A DNA stretch of 54,953 nt from Candidatus Zhuqueibacterota bacterium. Its GTDB lineage: Bacteria > Zhuqueibacterota > Zhuqueibacteria > Residuimicrobiales > Krinioviventaceae. Positions 21,280-30,952 of the stretch are shown here, piece by piece. The stretch is taken from assembly GCA_034506455.1 (NCBI GenBank), contig JAPDPN010000002.1:14011-68963 (forward strand), given 5' to 3'. Numbering within the stretch: the first letter of the stretch is position 1; each line of letters begins with the position of its first letter. Below the pieces are notes generated by a model. The model did no database searches, was not told the origin of the DNA, and saw only the letters and a program-made list of their open reading frames with translations. The translations under genes and the position numbers were made by a program.

Positions 21280-21582
21280 CTCTTGCCTAATGGTGCGAGA
21301 GGATTGCCGAAAAGAATTTAAAAGGGGACTGTATGAGTTGGGCTTGCCTCTTGCACCACGCTTTGCTTAGCGGAGCAAGAGGGTAATAATGACGAGGCCT
21401 AATAGGAGTAAATGGACATCGACAAGATTCTCTATGAACCGGAAAATCTCACTATTTTTCCGGCTGCCGCCTTCGAAAAAGACCGGTTTTACTCTTGCGT
21501 CTATCAACTTTTGAATCCTGTTCGTATCCGAGACAAAGTAAATGAAAAAGAGAAAAATGTCAAGCGAAAATTCACTCAACAC
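21280..21582 (-). promoter_or_regulatory. candidate ilv-leu leader region (ORF with Leu/Val/Ile-rich tail plus four mutually complementary 7-8 nt segments)
   Basis: The minus-strand ORF 21582..21367 (GTG start) ends ...VDVHLLLLGLVIITLLLR-stop. On the mRNA, CCTCTTGC (21382-21375) pairs perfectly with GCAAGAGG (21354-21347). Related segments are CCTCTCGC (21301-21294) and GGCAAGAG (21287-21280). No U tract follows any of these helices. Confidence 0.3.
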
Positions 21583-21655
21583 AAGATTCTCTCACGATTA
21601 AGCGTTTGATAAAGAGCACTTTTTTGGTTACATTTCAGGAACTTGAGGAGTCGGC

Positions 21656-24600
21656 ATGTCTTTTTTTGAACGCTTACAAAAAGGATTGATCCTATTCGAC
21701 GGGGCCATGGGCACCCAAATCCATGCGCTGCAAATTACAGAAGAAGAGTGGGCTGCGCATCACGGTTGCCCGGAGATTCTCAATCTTACCGCTCCGCAAA
21801 AGATCCAACGAATTCACGAGGCATACCTGGCTGCCGGCGCCGATGTGATCGAAACCAACACCTTCGGCGCAAATCGCATAGTTTTGACAGAATTCGACCT
21901 GCAGGATCGGGTCGAGGAGATAAACCGCGCCGCCGCCGAAATCGCCAGACAAGCCGCTGATCGCTTTTCCGACTCTAAACCGCGCTTCGTCGCGGGCTCG
22001 ATCGGCCCAGGAACAAAGCTTCCCAGCCTCGGCCAAGTCGATTTCGACACTCTGTACGAGTCCTATGCAGCGCAGGCGCGCGGCTTGATTCAGGGCGGGG
22101 TCGACCTGTTCGTCATTGAAACCTGTCAGGATTTGCTGCAGATCAAGGCAGCGTTGACGGCGGTGCAGGACGAAATGCAGCGCGCGGGAGTCCATTTGCC
22201 GCGCGCCGTGACCATCACCGTGGAAACGACCGGCACCATGCTCGTCGGCAGCGACGTCAGCGCGGCTCTTGCCGCCCTGGCGCCGTATGAACTCGAGATT
22301 TTCGGCATGAACTGCGCCACCGGCCCCGAAGCCATGCGCCCGTTTGTCAAGCAAATCTGCGAAGCATTCCCCGGCGTCGTGATGGTACAGCCGAACGCCG
22401 GCATGCCGCAAATGGTCGACGGGCATTTGGTCTATACTCTGTCGATCGAAGAGTATGTAACGGTCCTTTCCAGCTTTATTCAAGAGTACGGCGTGAAAAT
22501 TGTCGGCGGATGCTGCGGGACGACGCCGGATTTTATTCGTGCCATGGCCGAACGTTTACCGTACCTTGCGGCGGCGGAACGGCAGCCGATTTTTAGACCC
22601 GCTTTGGCATCCTTATTTACGGCCCAGGAAATACGCCAGGATCCGCCGCCCTTTTTTGTCGGCGAGCGTTCCAACACCAACGGCTCTAAGCAGTTCAGGG
22701 AACGCCTTTTGGCGGAGGATTGGGACGCCATCGTCGAAATTTCGCGCGAACAGGAACGCACCGGCGCACACGGCCTCGACCTCTGCGTCGCTTATACAGG
22801 GCGCGATGAAGTCGCCGATATGACCCGAGCCGTCAGCCGCATTGTGACGCAGGTGAATCTGCCGATTTTCATCGACTCGACTGATGTCAAGGTCATCGAG
22901 GCGGCCCTCAAGCTGATCGGCGGCCGACCGGTCATTAATTCCATCAATCTGGAGGACGACGAAGAGCGGGCGCACCGCATCTGCCGTCTGGCCAAGCGCT
23001 ACGGCGCGGCTCTCGTTTCCCTTACCATCGACGAGAGCGGCATGGCGAAAACCGTCGAGCAAAAAATCGCCGTCGCAAAGCGGCTTTACGACATTGCCGT
23101 GCGACAAAACGGCCTTCGACCCTACGATTTGATTTTCGATCCTCTCACCTTTACCCTCGGCAGCGGCGATGAAACCCTGCGCGACGCCGCGATCCAAACG
23201 CTCGAAGGCATTCGCCGTATCAAGCAGGAACTGCCCGGGGTTTTTACCTTGCTCGGCGTTTCCAATATCTCTTTCGGGCTCAATCCGGAATCGCGCGAGG
23301 TGCTCAATTCCGTCTTTCTTGCCGAAGCGGTCAAGGCAGGATTGGATGCCGCCATCGTCAACGTCAAAAAGATCATTCCCTTGTACCAAATCGATGCGGA
23401 AGATATCCGGATCTGCCTTGATTTGATCTACAACCGGGGCGAAACTCCTCTGCTCGACTTTATTCGCCATTTCGAAAAAAGGAACGGCCGAGGCGAAGAA
23501 GCTGCGGCCGAGGAACCGCTCTCTTTGGAGGAAAAAGTCAAACAGCACATCATTCAAGGCAACCGCTCCGGATTGGAAGAGCTGCTAAAAGCGGCGCTTG
23601 CAGAGCATCGCGCCGTCGATATTATCAACCGGTGGCTGATTCCGGCCATGAAAACCGTCGGCGACCTGTTCGGCGCCGGAAAAATGCAGCTCCCGTTTGT
23701 TCTGCAATCCGCCGAAGCGATGAAGCACGCGGTGGGCATCCTCGAGCCGTTTATGGAAAAGAGCGACGTGCAGACACGCACCAGCCTGGTCTTGGCTACC
23801 GTGCGCGGCGACGTACACGACATCGGCAAGAATCTGGTGGACATTATTCTGAGCAACAACGGCTTTAAGGTATATAATCTCGGAATCAAGTGCGAAATAG
23901 ACACCATGCTGCAAAAGGCGGATGAAGTCGGCGCCGACGCCATCGGCATGAGCGGCCTGCTGGTCAAGTCGACGGTTGTCATGAAGGAAAATCTGGAAGT
24001 TATGCGGCAGCGCGGCTATAAAATCCCGGTTTTACTCGGGGGCGCCGCATTGACCCGCAGTTACGTCGATCAGGTCTGTTCGCCCATCCTCGATGCGCCG
24101 GTCGTTTATTGCGAAGACGCCTTTGAAGGCCTTAAAGTGATGAATCTGCTGAAGGAAGGCAAGCTTTCGTCTTTGTTCGGAGGCGGAAACAAAAAAGAGA
24201 AAAGATCCGAAAGTAAGCCCTTGATGCAGGAAGCGGAGCCCCTTCGCTTCGATCACGACATCCCCGTACCACCGTTTTGGGGCAGCCGCGTCATTGAGGA
24301 TATTGATTTAAAGACCGTATTTTCATTCCTAACCGAGCCCGTTCTCTTCCGCGGGCGTTGGGGTTACCGACGAGGCACCTTAAGCCGTGAAGAGTATGAT
24401 CGATTGATCGAAGAACAGGTCCGGCCCCAATTCGAACTGCTGAAGGAAAAATGCATCGCAGAAAAACTGCTGGAGCCCAAGGTGGTATACGGCTATTTCC
24501 CCTGCAATCGCCAGGGCGACGACGTAATCATCTTTGATCCGAAAACCGACACCGAAGTTCTGCGCTTCCACTTTCCAAGGCAGAAAAAGCCGCCGTATCG

Positions 24601-25054
24601 CTCCATCGCCGACTTTTTTCTTCCGCTAGAAAGCGGGCGCCACGACATCATGCCGATGCAGATTGCGACCGTCGGCAGCCGCGCCTCGGAATATGCTCAA
24701 CGCCTTTATGAAAACAATGCCTATAAGGATTACCTGCTCTTTCACGGTCTTTCGGTGGAAAGTGCGGAAGCTCTGGCCGAATACTGGCACAAACAAATAC
24801 GCCTGGAACTGAACATTGCTGCGGAAGACGGGACGACCATGGAAGAGCTGGTGGTGCAAAAGTATCGCGGTTCACGGTACAGCTTCGGTTACCCCGCTTG
24901 TCCGGATCTTTACGGCAACCGCCAAATTGCACAGCTTCTGTCTCCGGAACGCATCGGCGTTCAGCTGACCGAGGAAGACCAGATGATACCGGAACAAACA
25001 ACCAGCGCTTTCATTGTGCATCATCCGCAGGCAAAATATTTTTCTTTGGAATAA
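21656..25054 (+). CDS. metH: cobalamin-dependent methionine synthase
   Basis: 1132 aa with an Hcy S-methyltransferase domain, a pterin-binding domain, a B12-binding domain ([13 protein letters not shown]) and a C-terminal reactivation domain. GAGGAG SD. Confidence 0.93.
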   Translation: MSFFERLQKGLILFDGAMGTQIHALQITEEEWAAHHGCPEILNLTAPQKIQRIHEAYLAAGADVIETNTFGANRIVLTEFDLQDRVEEINRAAAEIARQAADRFSDSKPRFVAGSIGPGTKLPSLGQVDFDTLYESYAAQARGLIQGGVDLFVIETCQDLLQIKAALTAVQDEMQRAGVHLPRAVTITVETTGTMLVGSDVSAALAALAPYELEIFGMNCATGPEAMRPFVKQICEAFPGVVMVQPNAGMPQMVDGHLVYTLSIEEYVTVLSSFIQEYGVKIVGGCCGTTPDFIRAMAERLPYLAAAERQPIFRPALASLFTAQEIRQDPPPFFVGERSNTNGSKQFRERLLAEDWDAIVEISREQERTGAHGLDLCVAYTGRDEVADMTRAVSRIVTQVNLPIFIDSTDVKVIEAALKLIGGRPVINSINLEDDEERAHRICRLAKRYGAALVSLTIDESGMAKTVEQKIAVAKRLYDIAVRQNGLRPYDLIFDPLTFTLGSGDETLRDAAIQTLEGIRRIKQELPGVFTLLGVSNISFGLNPESREVLNSVFLAEAVKAGLDAAIVNVKKIIPLYQIDAEDIRICLDLIYNRGETPLLDFIRHFEKRNGRGEEAAAEEPLSLEEKVKQHIIQGNRSGLEELLKAALAEHRAVDIINRWLIPAMKTVGDLFGAGKMQLPFVLQSAEAMKHAVGILEPFMEKSDVQTRTSLVLATVRGDVHDIGKNLVDIILSNNGFKVYNLGIKCEIDTMLQKADEVGADAIGMSGLLVKSTVVMKENLEVMRQRGYKIPVLLGGAALTRSYVDQVCSPILDAPVVYCEDAFEGLKVMNLLKEGKLSSLFGGGNKKEKRSESKPLMQEAEPLRFDHDIPVPPFWGSRVIEDIDLKTVFSFLTEPVLFRGRWGYRRGTLSREEYDRLIEEQVRPQFELLKEKCIAEKLLEPKVVYGYFPCNRQGDDVIIFDPKTDTEVLRFHFPRQKKPPYRSIADFFLPLESGRHDIMPMQIATVGSRASEYAQRLYENNAYKDYLLFHGLSVESAEALAEYWHKQIRLELNIAAEDGTTMEELVVQKYRGSRYSFGYPACPDLYGNRQIAQLLSPERIGVQLTEEDQMIPEQTTSAFIVHHPQAKYFSLE

Positions 25055-25076
25055 AAGCGAGAAAAAGGAAAGCGTC

Positions 25077-25235
25077 GTGGAAAAATTTATCTGCACCAAC
25101 TGCGGCTATGTCTATGACCCGGCGCAAGGCGACCCGGAAAACGGAATCCCGCCGGGAACGGCATTCGAAGATCTGCCGGAGGATTGGATTTGCCCGGTTT
25201 GCTATGTCGGCAAGGATCAGTTCGACCCGCTATAA
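25077..25235 (+). CDS. rubredoxin
   Basis: (M)[51 protein letters not shown], with two CxxC pairs and 52 aa. I prefer the GTG at 25077 (AAGGAA upstream) over the ATG at 25014, which would overlap metH by 41 nt. Confidence 0.85.
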   Translation: MEKFICTNCGYVYDPAQGDPENGIPPGTAFEDLPEDWICPVCYVGKDQFDPL

Positions 25236-25967
25236 AGCGCGAAAAGCCTGCAGCGCCTCGAAAAATTCACCCACTTTTTCTCTGTCTGTAATTCCGTCTC
25301 GTCGGGCTGCTGAATAGGCATGCACGGATACGATGCGCCCGCGATAAGGCAATGACCTCAATGCTGCCGCGGTAAGCTTCGGCGTTAGACCGCCTGCCAA
25401 AATAACTTCGACTCCGTCCGCCCTTTCCAGCAATTCACGCCAATTGTTGCATCTCTCCGTCCATTTCGCAGAGGCTCCCCATGGTTCAGCAGCCGTCAAT
25501 ACCCGCTTTACTCCCAAAGCCGACAGAACCTGCAATTCCTGCAGCGGATGATGGAGGGTATCGAATGCGCGGTGAAAGGTGACGGCGAGGCCGCAAGAGT
25601 GCGCGGCGCTGATCAATTGTCTCAGGGTGGAAAGATCAATCCGCCCCTCTTTCACGGCGCCAAAAACAACGCCGTCAGCACCGGCTTCGGCTGCCGCCTC
25701 GATTTGCCGGATCATTTGTGCAGTTTCCAAGCAGGTATAGAAAAAATCCCCCGCTCTCGGCCGAATCATGACCATAAGCGCTGCCCGATCTTTGCAGACT
25801 GCGGCTGCAGATCTGACTGCCTTTAAGGAGGGTGTCAGGCCGTCGAGGTCCATTCTGCTGCACAGCTCGATGCGGTCGGCGCCGCCTTGGCAGGCTGCTT
25901 CAACGGATTGAAGAAGACGCTCGTCTTCATTGATGCAGATTTCAAGAAACGGCGGAGTCGTCTGCAT
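25230..25967 (-). CDS. cutC: copper homeostasis protein CutC family
   Basis: [30 protein letters not shown]...[10 protein letters not shown]-barrel CutC pattern. 245 aa. The 3' end overlaps the rubredoxin 3' end by 6 nt. Confidence 0.8.
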   Translation of the reverse strand: MQTTPPFLEICINEDERLLQSVEAACQGGADRIELCSRMDLDGLTPSLKAVRSAAAVCKDRAALMVMIRPRAGDFFYTCLETAQMIRQIEAAAEAGADGVVFGAVKEGRIDLSTLRQLISAAHSCGLAVTFHRAFDTLHHPLQELQVLSALGVKRVLTAAEPWGASAKWTERCNNWRELLERADGVEVILAGGLTPKLTAAALRSLPYRGRIVSVHAYSAARRDGITDREKVGEFFEALQAFRAL

Positions 25968-26442
25968 AGGGAATGATTTCGTTACTTTTGGCCGTCATTT
26001 CCTCGACCGTCAGTTTCCACACCCTCGTTTTAGCGGCTGTCTCTGCGCTGATTTGCAAACCGGTTTTGGCCGAATAATGCCGCATGATTTCATTGAGCGC
26101 AGTCGTCTTTTCCGAGGGATCGATGATTTCGCTCATAATGCCGAAGCCGATGACGCTCTCGTAGATCATTGTCCAATCGCAGGCTTTTTCGCCTTCTTTC
26201 ACCGAAATGGAACCCTCCAGTTCAAAGCAAACGCGCGAATTGCGGCTCCAAAAATCGATCTTTGTACCGGAAAGGCCGGTGTGAAAATAAAAAGCCTCTC
26301 CATCATAGCCGAAAGAAAGAGGCACCAGATAAGGGCGATTTTCGACAGCCGACGCCACTCGGCACACCAGGGCCTCGGCAATAATTCGTTCGATGTACGG
26401 ACGATCGGTTTGCAGCGTTTCGGTTCTCTTCACCCCTGACAT
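25942..26442 (-). CDS. pyridoxamine 5'-phosphate oxidase family (FMN-binding split barrel, NimA-like) protein
   Basis: 166 aa. RPYLVPLSFGYDGEAFYFHTGLSGTKIDF...VCFELE is typical of the Pyridox_ox_2 family. Confidence 0.7.
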   Translation of the reverse strand: MSGVKRTETLQTDRPYIERIIAEALVCRVASAVENRPYLVPLSFGYDGEAFYFHTGLSGTKIDFWSRNSRVCFELEGSISVKEGEKACDWTMIYESVIGFGIMSEIIDPSEKTTALNEIMRHYSAKTGLQISAETAAKTRVWKLTVEEMTAKSNEIIPYADDSAVS

Positions 26443-26461
26443 TCTCCGGTAGTTGATCCAT

Positions 26462-28099
26462 TTACGGTTCGGGACATTGAGCGGCTATGGCTTCGCTCAC
26501 TTTGCCGCGAAAGTTCTTTTCAAAATGAGCCTTGAATTTTCCCGCCAGACTCTTGGCATGGTCTGAAAAAGAGTGTCGATCTTTCCATGTATTGATGGGA
26601 ACGAGAACCTCAGAGGGCACTTGGGGGCAGCTTTTCGGAACCAGCACTTTGAAAATCGGGTCGGGTTCACACTCAACATCCTTCAGTGTTCCTTCCACGG
26701 CAGCGCGCACCATGGCGCGCGTCAAGGTGATATCCATCCGTCTGCCGATACCGTAAGGGCCTCCGCTCCAACCGGTGTTCACCAGATAGACAGGAACGTC
26801 ATGTTTCTGCAGTTTTTCACCCAACAGATCGGCATAATCGGAAGGATTTCTCGGCATAAACGGAGCGCCGAAAAATCTGGAAAAAGTGGCTTCCGGTTCC
26901 GTAATGCCGGTTTCCGTGCCGGCCAATTTAGAGGTATACCCCATCATGAACCAAAACATCGCCTGCTCTTTGGTCAATTTGGAGATGGGCGGCAATACTC
27001 CATAAGCATCGGCGGCGAGAAAGATGATTGCGCTCGGATGGCCCGAACAAGCCGACGGTTTGACGTTGGAATTGAAGGAAAGCGGATAAGATGCCCGCGA
27101 ATTTTCAGTAAAGCGATCATCGTCCAGATCGAACGAGCCGTCGGGATAGACCATGAGATTCTCGACGATGGCGCCGTGCTCCAAATAATGCGCCGGGTGG
27201 AACGTTGCTCGATAGATATCCGGTTCTTTTTGCGGATTGAGGTTGATCAATTTGGCATAGCAGCCGTATTCGAAATTGGCTATGCCGTTGTCGCTCCAGC
27301 CGTGTTCATCGTCGCCCAGTAAAGCCCGTTCCGGATCGGCGGAAAGCGTGGTTTTGCCGGTACCGCTAAGACCCAAAAGGAGGGCGCTGCGTCCGTCTCG
27401 GCCCTCATTGGCGGAGCAGTGCAGCGGAAGAATACCCTCGGCGGGGAGATAATAGTTCATGACGGTAAACACCAGTTTCTTCATGGAGCCCATATAAGCC
27501 GAGCCGATGACGATGCCGATGCGCAGGTCAAAGTCCATAACCACAACAAGTCGGCTGGTCGAGCCGTCCGGTAGACGCCGCAGCCTGCCCTGATATTTGG
27601 CTTCATCAAGGAAATCGTTCGGCAGACTTAACAGGGTAAACCTCCGATCGGCAAAGATGCTGCGGCTGATGTCCGACGGTACCGGCCGGAACATATTGTC
27701 GATAAACAAGGCGCTGAGCGGATTGTCTGTGATTGTCAGGATGGGCATGGCATAAGAGGCGTCTGCGCCGACGACGCGTGTAAGAGCGTATCGCTGAGGT
27801 TTTCGTTCCAACATATCCAAACCGTCGCGCAGAATCATCTCAAAAGTATCGGGGGCCATCGGAATGCAGTTCGGAGAGCTCCAGTCGATGAAAACCTCAC
27901 TGGGCGGGCGTTTGACAATATAAGTATCTTTGGGGCTGCGGCCTGTGGAATGGCGCGGCGTCCAGGTTGCCAAGGTTCCGGTCTGCAGCACGATACATCT
28001 TCGTTGGTCGACCGAGTGCTGGATCATCTCTTTTCTTGAGGGATTCATCAGCGTCGCAGGTAAACGCAGCAGCTGTAGAAACATGTCTTCCGCTTGCAT
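26462..28099 (-). CDS. pckA: phosphoenolpyruvate carboxykinase (ATP)
   Basis: Kinase-1a motif GLSGTGKTTLS, plus LLGDDEHGW and NTGWSGG. 545 aa. Confidence 0.92.
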   Translation of the reverse strand: MQAEDMFLQLLRLPATLMNPSRKEMIQHSVDQRRCIVLQTGTLATWTPRHSTGRSPKDTYIVKRPPSEVFIDWSSPNCIPMAPDTFEMILRDGLDMLERKPQRYALTRVVGADASYAMPILTITDNPLSALFIDNMFRPVPSDISRSIFADRRFTLLSLPNDFLDEAKYQGRLRRLPDGSTSRLVVVMDFDLRIGIVIGSAYMGSMKKLVFTVMNYYLPAEGILPLHCSANEGRDGRSALLLGLSGTGKTTLSADPERALLGDDEHGWSDNGIANFEYGCYAKLINLNPQKEPDIYRATFHPAHYLEHGAIVENLMVYPDGSFDLDDDRFTENSRASYPLSFNSNVKPSACSGHPSAIIFLAADAYGVLPPISKLTKEQAMFWFMMGYTSKLAGTETGITEPEATFSRFFGAPFMPRNPSDYADLLGEKLQKHDVPVYLVNTGWSGGPYGIGRRMDITLTRAMVRAAVEGTLKDVECEPDPIFKVLVPKSCPQVPSEVLVPINTWKDRHSFSDHAKSLAGKFKAHFEKNFRGKVSEAIAAQCPEP

Positions 28100-28212
28100 G
28101 TTAACCGCTCCCTAATGGATGTGCAAAGAAAGCCGAGATTCCGGAAAGATAAGCTGTAAAAATTCCTTATCCTCATTCGCCGGCGTCCTTTAATTCGAAT
28201 ACGCGCCCCTTT

Positions 28213-29052
28213 TTATTTGAGAATCGAGACGGTTTGATCGGTGCGAATCGGCAAGGGGATATTTCCCCAAGGCGTGCCTAATTCGACGTTTCCGTCGATC
28301 GAGCAGGATATTTCATCACCCTGCAGAAGCGAGCGCAGCGAACGCAAACCGCTGCCCGCGCCGGCAAAATTAATCGATAGCGGCAGCTGGAATTCCGCAG
28401 TCTGTTTTGCCGGTGCAGAAACAAGCTTTTCCACCGCCCCCTTTGCGACCGCATTGCCGGCTAAAGCGATGTCATAGGTCATTCGTCCGATTTGAAAAGG
28501 AAATGCGTTCGGATTTTTAAGCAAAAATCCGATCTTAAGATCCACACCGGTAAATGACAATCGATCGACGCTGAGGCCGCTCAAGCGAATCTCGGGAACA
28601 CGGATGTTCGGCAAACGCCCGCTGTAGTGAAAGGGGATGGAAAATCCTGAGAGCAGACCTGCCGGTCGGAATTCTCCCCGCAGGGAAAAAGCGAGGGAAT
28701 CCAAAGAGGCAGTCTCTGAAACCAGCTTGTAAAGCTGTTTGAAATTCAGCGTGACCGGAATCGTCAATTTTCCTGTGGAACGCGGGTCGATATCGAGGCG
28801 ATGGTTTTCATCTCCCTGCAGAATTTCGCGATCTTGAACTGCAAAACTGAACCGATAACCTTCCAGCGCGGCGCCGAAGGCATTGGGGTTCTGTACCAGC
28901 AGAGAGAAATCCAATTTGACATCCTCGAAAGAGACATCACGAAGCGAGACCGTTTCCACTTTTACTGTCGGAGGAACCACCAGCTGCTTCATCTGCGCAC
29001 AACCGACAATCAGGCTGAGGAATCCTGCGAAAAAAACGATTTTCTTTTTCAT
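28213..29052 (-). CDS. LEA type 2 / WHy-domain lipoprotein (two tandem domains)
   Basis: MKKKIVFFAGFLSLIVGC lipobox. Two repeats each carry NPNAF (LLVQNPNAFGAALEGYRF; FLLKNPNAFPFQIGRMTY). I prefer the start at 29052 over 29079. Confidence 0.7.
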   Translation of the reverse strand: MKKKIVFFAGFLSLIVGCAQMKQLVVPPTVKVETVSLRDVSFEDVKLDFSLLVQNPNAFGAALEGYRFSFAVQDREILQGDENHRLDIDPRSTGKLTIPVTLNFKQLYKLVSETASLDSLAFSLRGEFRPAGLLSGFSIPFHYSGRLPNIRVPEIRLSGLSVDRLSFTGVDLKIGFLLKNPNAFPFQIGRMTYDIALAGNAVAKGAVEKLVSAPAKQTAEFQLPLSINFAGAGSGLRSLRSLLQGDEISCSIDGNVELGTPWGNIPLPIRTDQTVSILK

Positions 29053-29129
29053 GGTTTTACCTAGCATTTGGTCTTGCAAATCGAAACGATATTAACTAAA
29101 ATGAATGGGTCAATTTTGGAGCCGTGCTT

Positions 29130-30080
29130 ATGAGCGATAAAATCAAGTTGGGAATCAGCACCTGTTTGTTGGGTGAAAGGGTTCGCTACGACGGCGGTCA
29201 TAAACGGGATCGATATCTTGTCGAGGTGGTCGGTCCTTTTGTGCAGTGGGTGCCGGTTTGCCCGGAGGTCGAATGCGGCCTTCCGATACCGCGCGAATCG
29301 ATGCGACTGGTCGGCAGCGTTCAAGAGCCCCGTCTGATGACCCATCGTTCCCATATCGATCACACCGAGCGAATGCTGCAATGGACGCAGAAGCGTCTTG
29401 ATCTATTGGAAAAAGAGCGCATCTGCGGATTTATTTTTAAATCCAAGTCGCCAAGTTCCGGCATGCGCGACATTAAAGTCTATAACGAAGCGGGCATGCC
29501 GATCGGCAAAACAGCGGGATTGTTTGCCGCCGCGCTTATGCGCCGTTTTCCGCACCTGCCGGTTGAAGACGAAGGCCGTCTAAATGACGCTGCAATTCGT
29601 GAAAACTTTCTCGAGCGCGTTTTTGTCGTGCACCGCTGGTACAAATTCTTGGATACCAATCCCTCACGCCAAGGGCTGGTAGAGTTCCACACGGATCACA
29701 AACTGCTCATTATGGCGCACAGTGAAAAGCATCTGCGCGAACTGGGCAAATTGGCGGCATCGCCGCAAAATTTGTCGCAAGATGAGCTCTTTCGAGTCTA
29801 TTTCGAAAAACTCATGCAGGCGCTTAAGCTGCACGCCACCGTCAAGAAAAACGTCAACGTGCTGCAGCACATTCTCGGTTATTTTAAAAAGCAACTCGAC
29901 AGCGAAGAAAAGCAGCAGGTGTTAAAGGTAATCGAGGACTATCACCGCGGCCTCATTCCGCTGATCGTACCGATCACCCTGCTGACTTTTTTGGTGCGCA
30001 AATATAAGGAACCTTACCTTGCGCGTCAACACTATCTTTCCCCCAATCCGGCCGAGCTGATGCTGCGCAATCATGTCTGA
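29130..30080 (+). CDS. DUF523 (TudS-like) plus DUF1722 domain protein (YbgA-like)
   Basis: IKLGISTCLLGERVRYDGGHKRD is DUF523-like, and the C-terminal helical half is DUF1722-like. The ATG at 29130 has TGGAG upstream; the track begins at the GTG at 29124. Confidence 0.7.
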   Translation: MSDKIKLGISTCLLGERVRYDGGHKRDRYLVEVVGPFVQWVPVCPEVECGLPIPRESMRLVGSVQEPRLMTHRSHIDHTERMLQWTQKRLDLLEKERICGFIFKSKSPSSGMRDIKVYNEAGMPIGKTAGLFAAALMRRFPHLPVEDEGRLNDAAIRENFLERVFVVHRWYKFLDTNPSRQGLVEFHTDHKLLIMAHSEKHLRELGKLAASPQNLSQDELFRVYFEKLMQALKLHATVKKNVNVLQHILGYFKKQLDSEEKQQVLKVIEDYHRGLIPLIVPITLLTFLVRKYKEPYLARQHYLSPNPAELMLRNHV

Positions 30081-30112
30081 AACACTTTAAGACAAAATAG
30101 ATCAGCATAACT

Positions 30113-30952
30113 ATGAAATTCATTATTAACGGCGAAGAGATTTCGGAAAAGGTTTTTGCTGCAGAACTGAAAAACCAGCGCTGTATCCATCCAAACGCTT
30201 CTCCCGAGCAACTCTCCGCATTAACAAAAGAGACGATCATCGACTGGACCATCATTCGGCAGGAAGCACAAAAGAGCGGGATAACCGTGCCGCCCGCCCT
30301 GGTGGAAAACGAACTGAACCGTTTGATTGAAGAGGCGGGCGGCGAAAAGCGATTTCTACAACGGCACGGGTTGAAAAAGGAGGAGCTGGCACAGGTTCGA
30401 AAGGAGATCGAAATCAATTTGTGCATGCGGCAATTTCTCGCGCGGCTGACGGCGGGTCTGCCTGAACCGACCGAGGAGGAGATTGCCGCTTACTATCGCA
30501 GGCATAGCGAGGAATTTACCGACCCTCCCTGGGTGCACGCGGCGCAAATATTGATGCGACCCAATCCGGCGCGGCCTCAGGTTGCCTTTCAGGAAATGGT
30601 GGAGCTGCGTAAAAGACTGCTGAAAGGCGAATCTTTTGCCGCTCTGGCGGATGAATACTCTTCCTGCGAGGAACCGGGCGGAGATTTGGGGCGCATAATG
30701 CCCGGCAAAATGGTGCCGGAGTTCGATGCGGTAGTTTTTTCGATGGAAGTAGGAGAAATCTCGCCGGTTTTTCTTACTTCGTTCGGCTACCATCTGGTAA
30801 CGGTCTTGAAGCGCGGCGAAGCGCGGCTCAAATCGTTGGCTGAAGTGCGGAACGAAATCATTGACCGCATTAAAACTGAACGCGGCGATGAGTACATCGC
30901 CTCATGGGTGGATCAGAAAAAGAAAAGCGCGCGCATTAGCTTTGAAGCGTAG
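30113..30952 (+). CDS. parvulin-type peptidyl-prolyl cis-trans isomerase (SurA/PrsA-like)
   Basis: PpiC domain: VHAAQILM...GGDLGRIMPGKMVPEFDAVVFSMEVGEISPVFLTSFGYHLV. Confidence 0.8.
   Translation: MKFIINGEEISEKVFAAELKNQRCIHPNASPEQLSALTKETIIDWTIIRQEAQKSGITVPPALVENELNRLIEEAGGEKRFLQRHGLKKEELAQVRKEIEINLCMRQFLARLTAGLPEPTEEEIAAYYRRHSEEFTDPPWVHAAQILMRPNPARPQVAFQEMVELRKRLLKGESFAALADEYSSCEEPGGDLGRIMPGKMVPEFDAVVFSMEVGEISPVFLTSFGYHLVTVLKRGEARLKSLAEVRNEIIDRIKTERGDEYIASWVDQKKKSARISFEA

Noticed and set aside
21235-21655. A riboswitch (SAM/S-box or cobalamin) upstream of metH, or a T-box upstream of ilvB.
   Set aside because: I could not find the conserved cores on either strand (S-box GAGGGA...GCAACC, the B12 box, or the T-box AGGGUGGNACCGCG-like 14-mer). 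A covariance-model scan would be needed to be sure.
22613-23557. Long antisense ORFs opposite well-supported genes. Examples are 22613-23557(-) in metH, 17934-18863(+) in ilvC, 32078-33022(+) in glmM, 30861-31736(+) in deoC, 45680-46405(+) in sufB and 53666-54532(-) in nnr.
   Set aside because: Each lies entirely inside a gene with unmistakable family motifs on the other strand. Their translations are low-complexity and Arg/Gly/Ala/His-rich with no motifs, which is typical of shadow ORFs.
25014-25076. The ATG at 25014 as the rubredoxin start, as given in the ORF track.
   Set aside because: It would add 21 non-rubredoxin residues and overlap metH by 41 nt. The GTG at 25077 gives the canonical 52-aa protein and has an SD.
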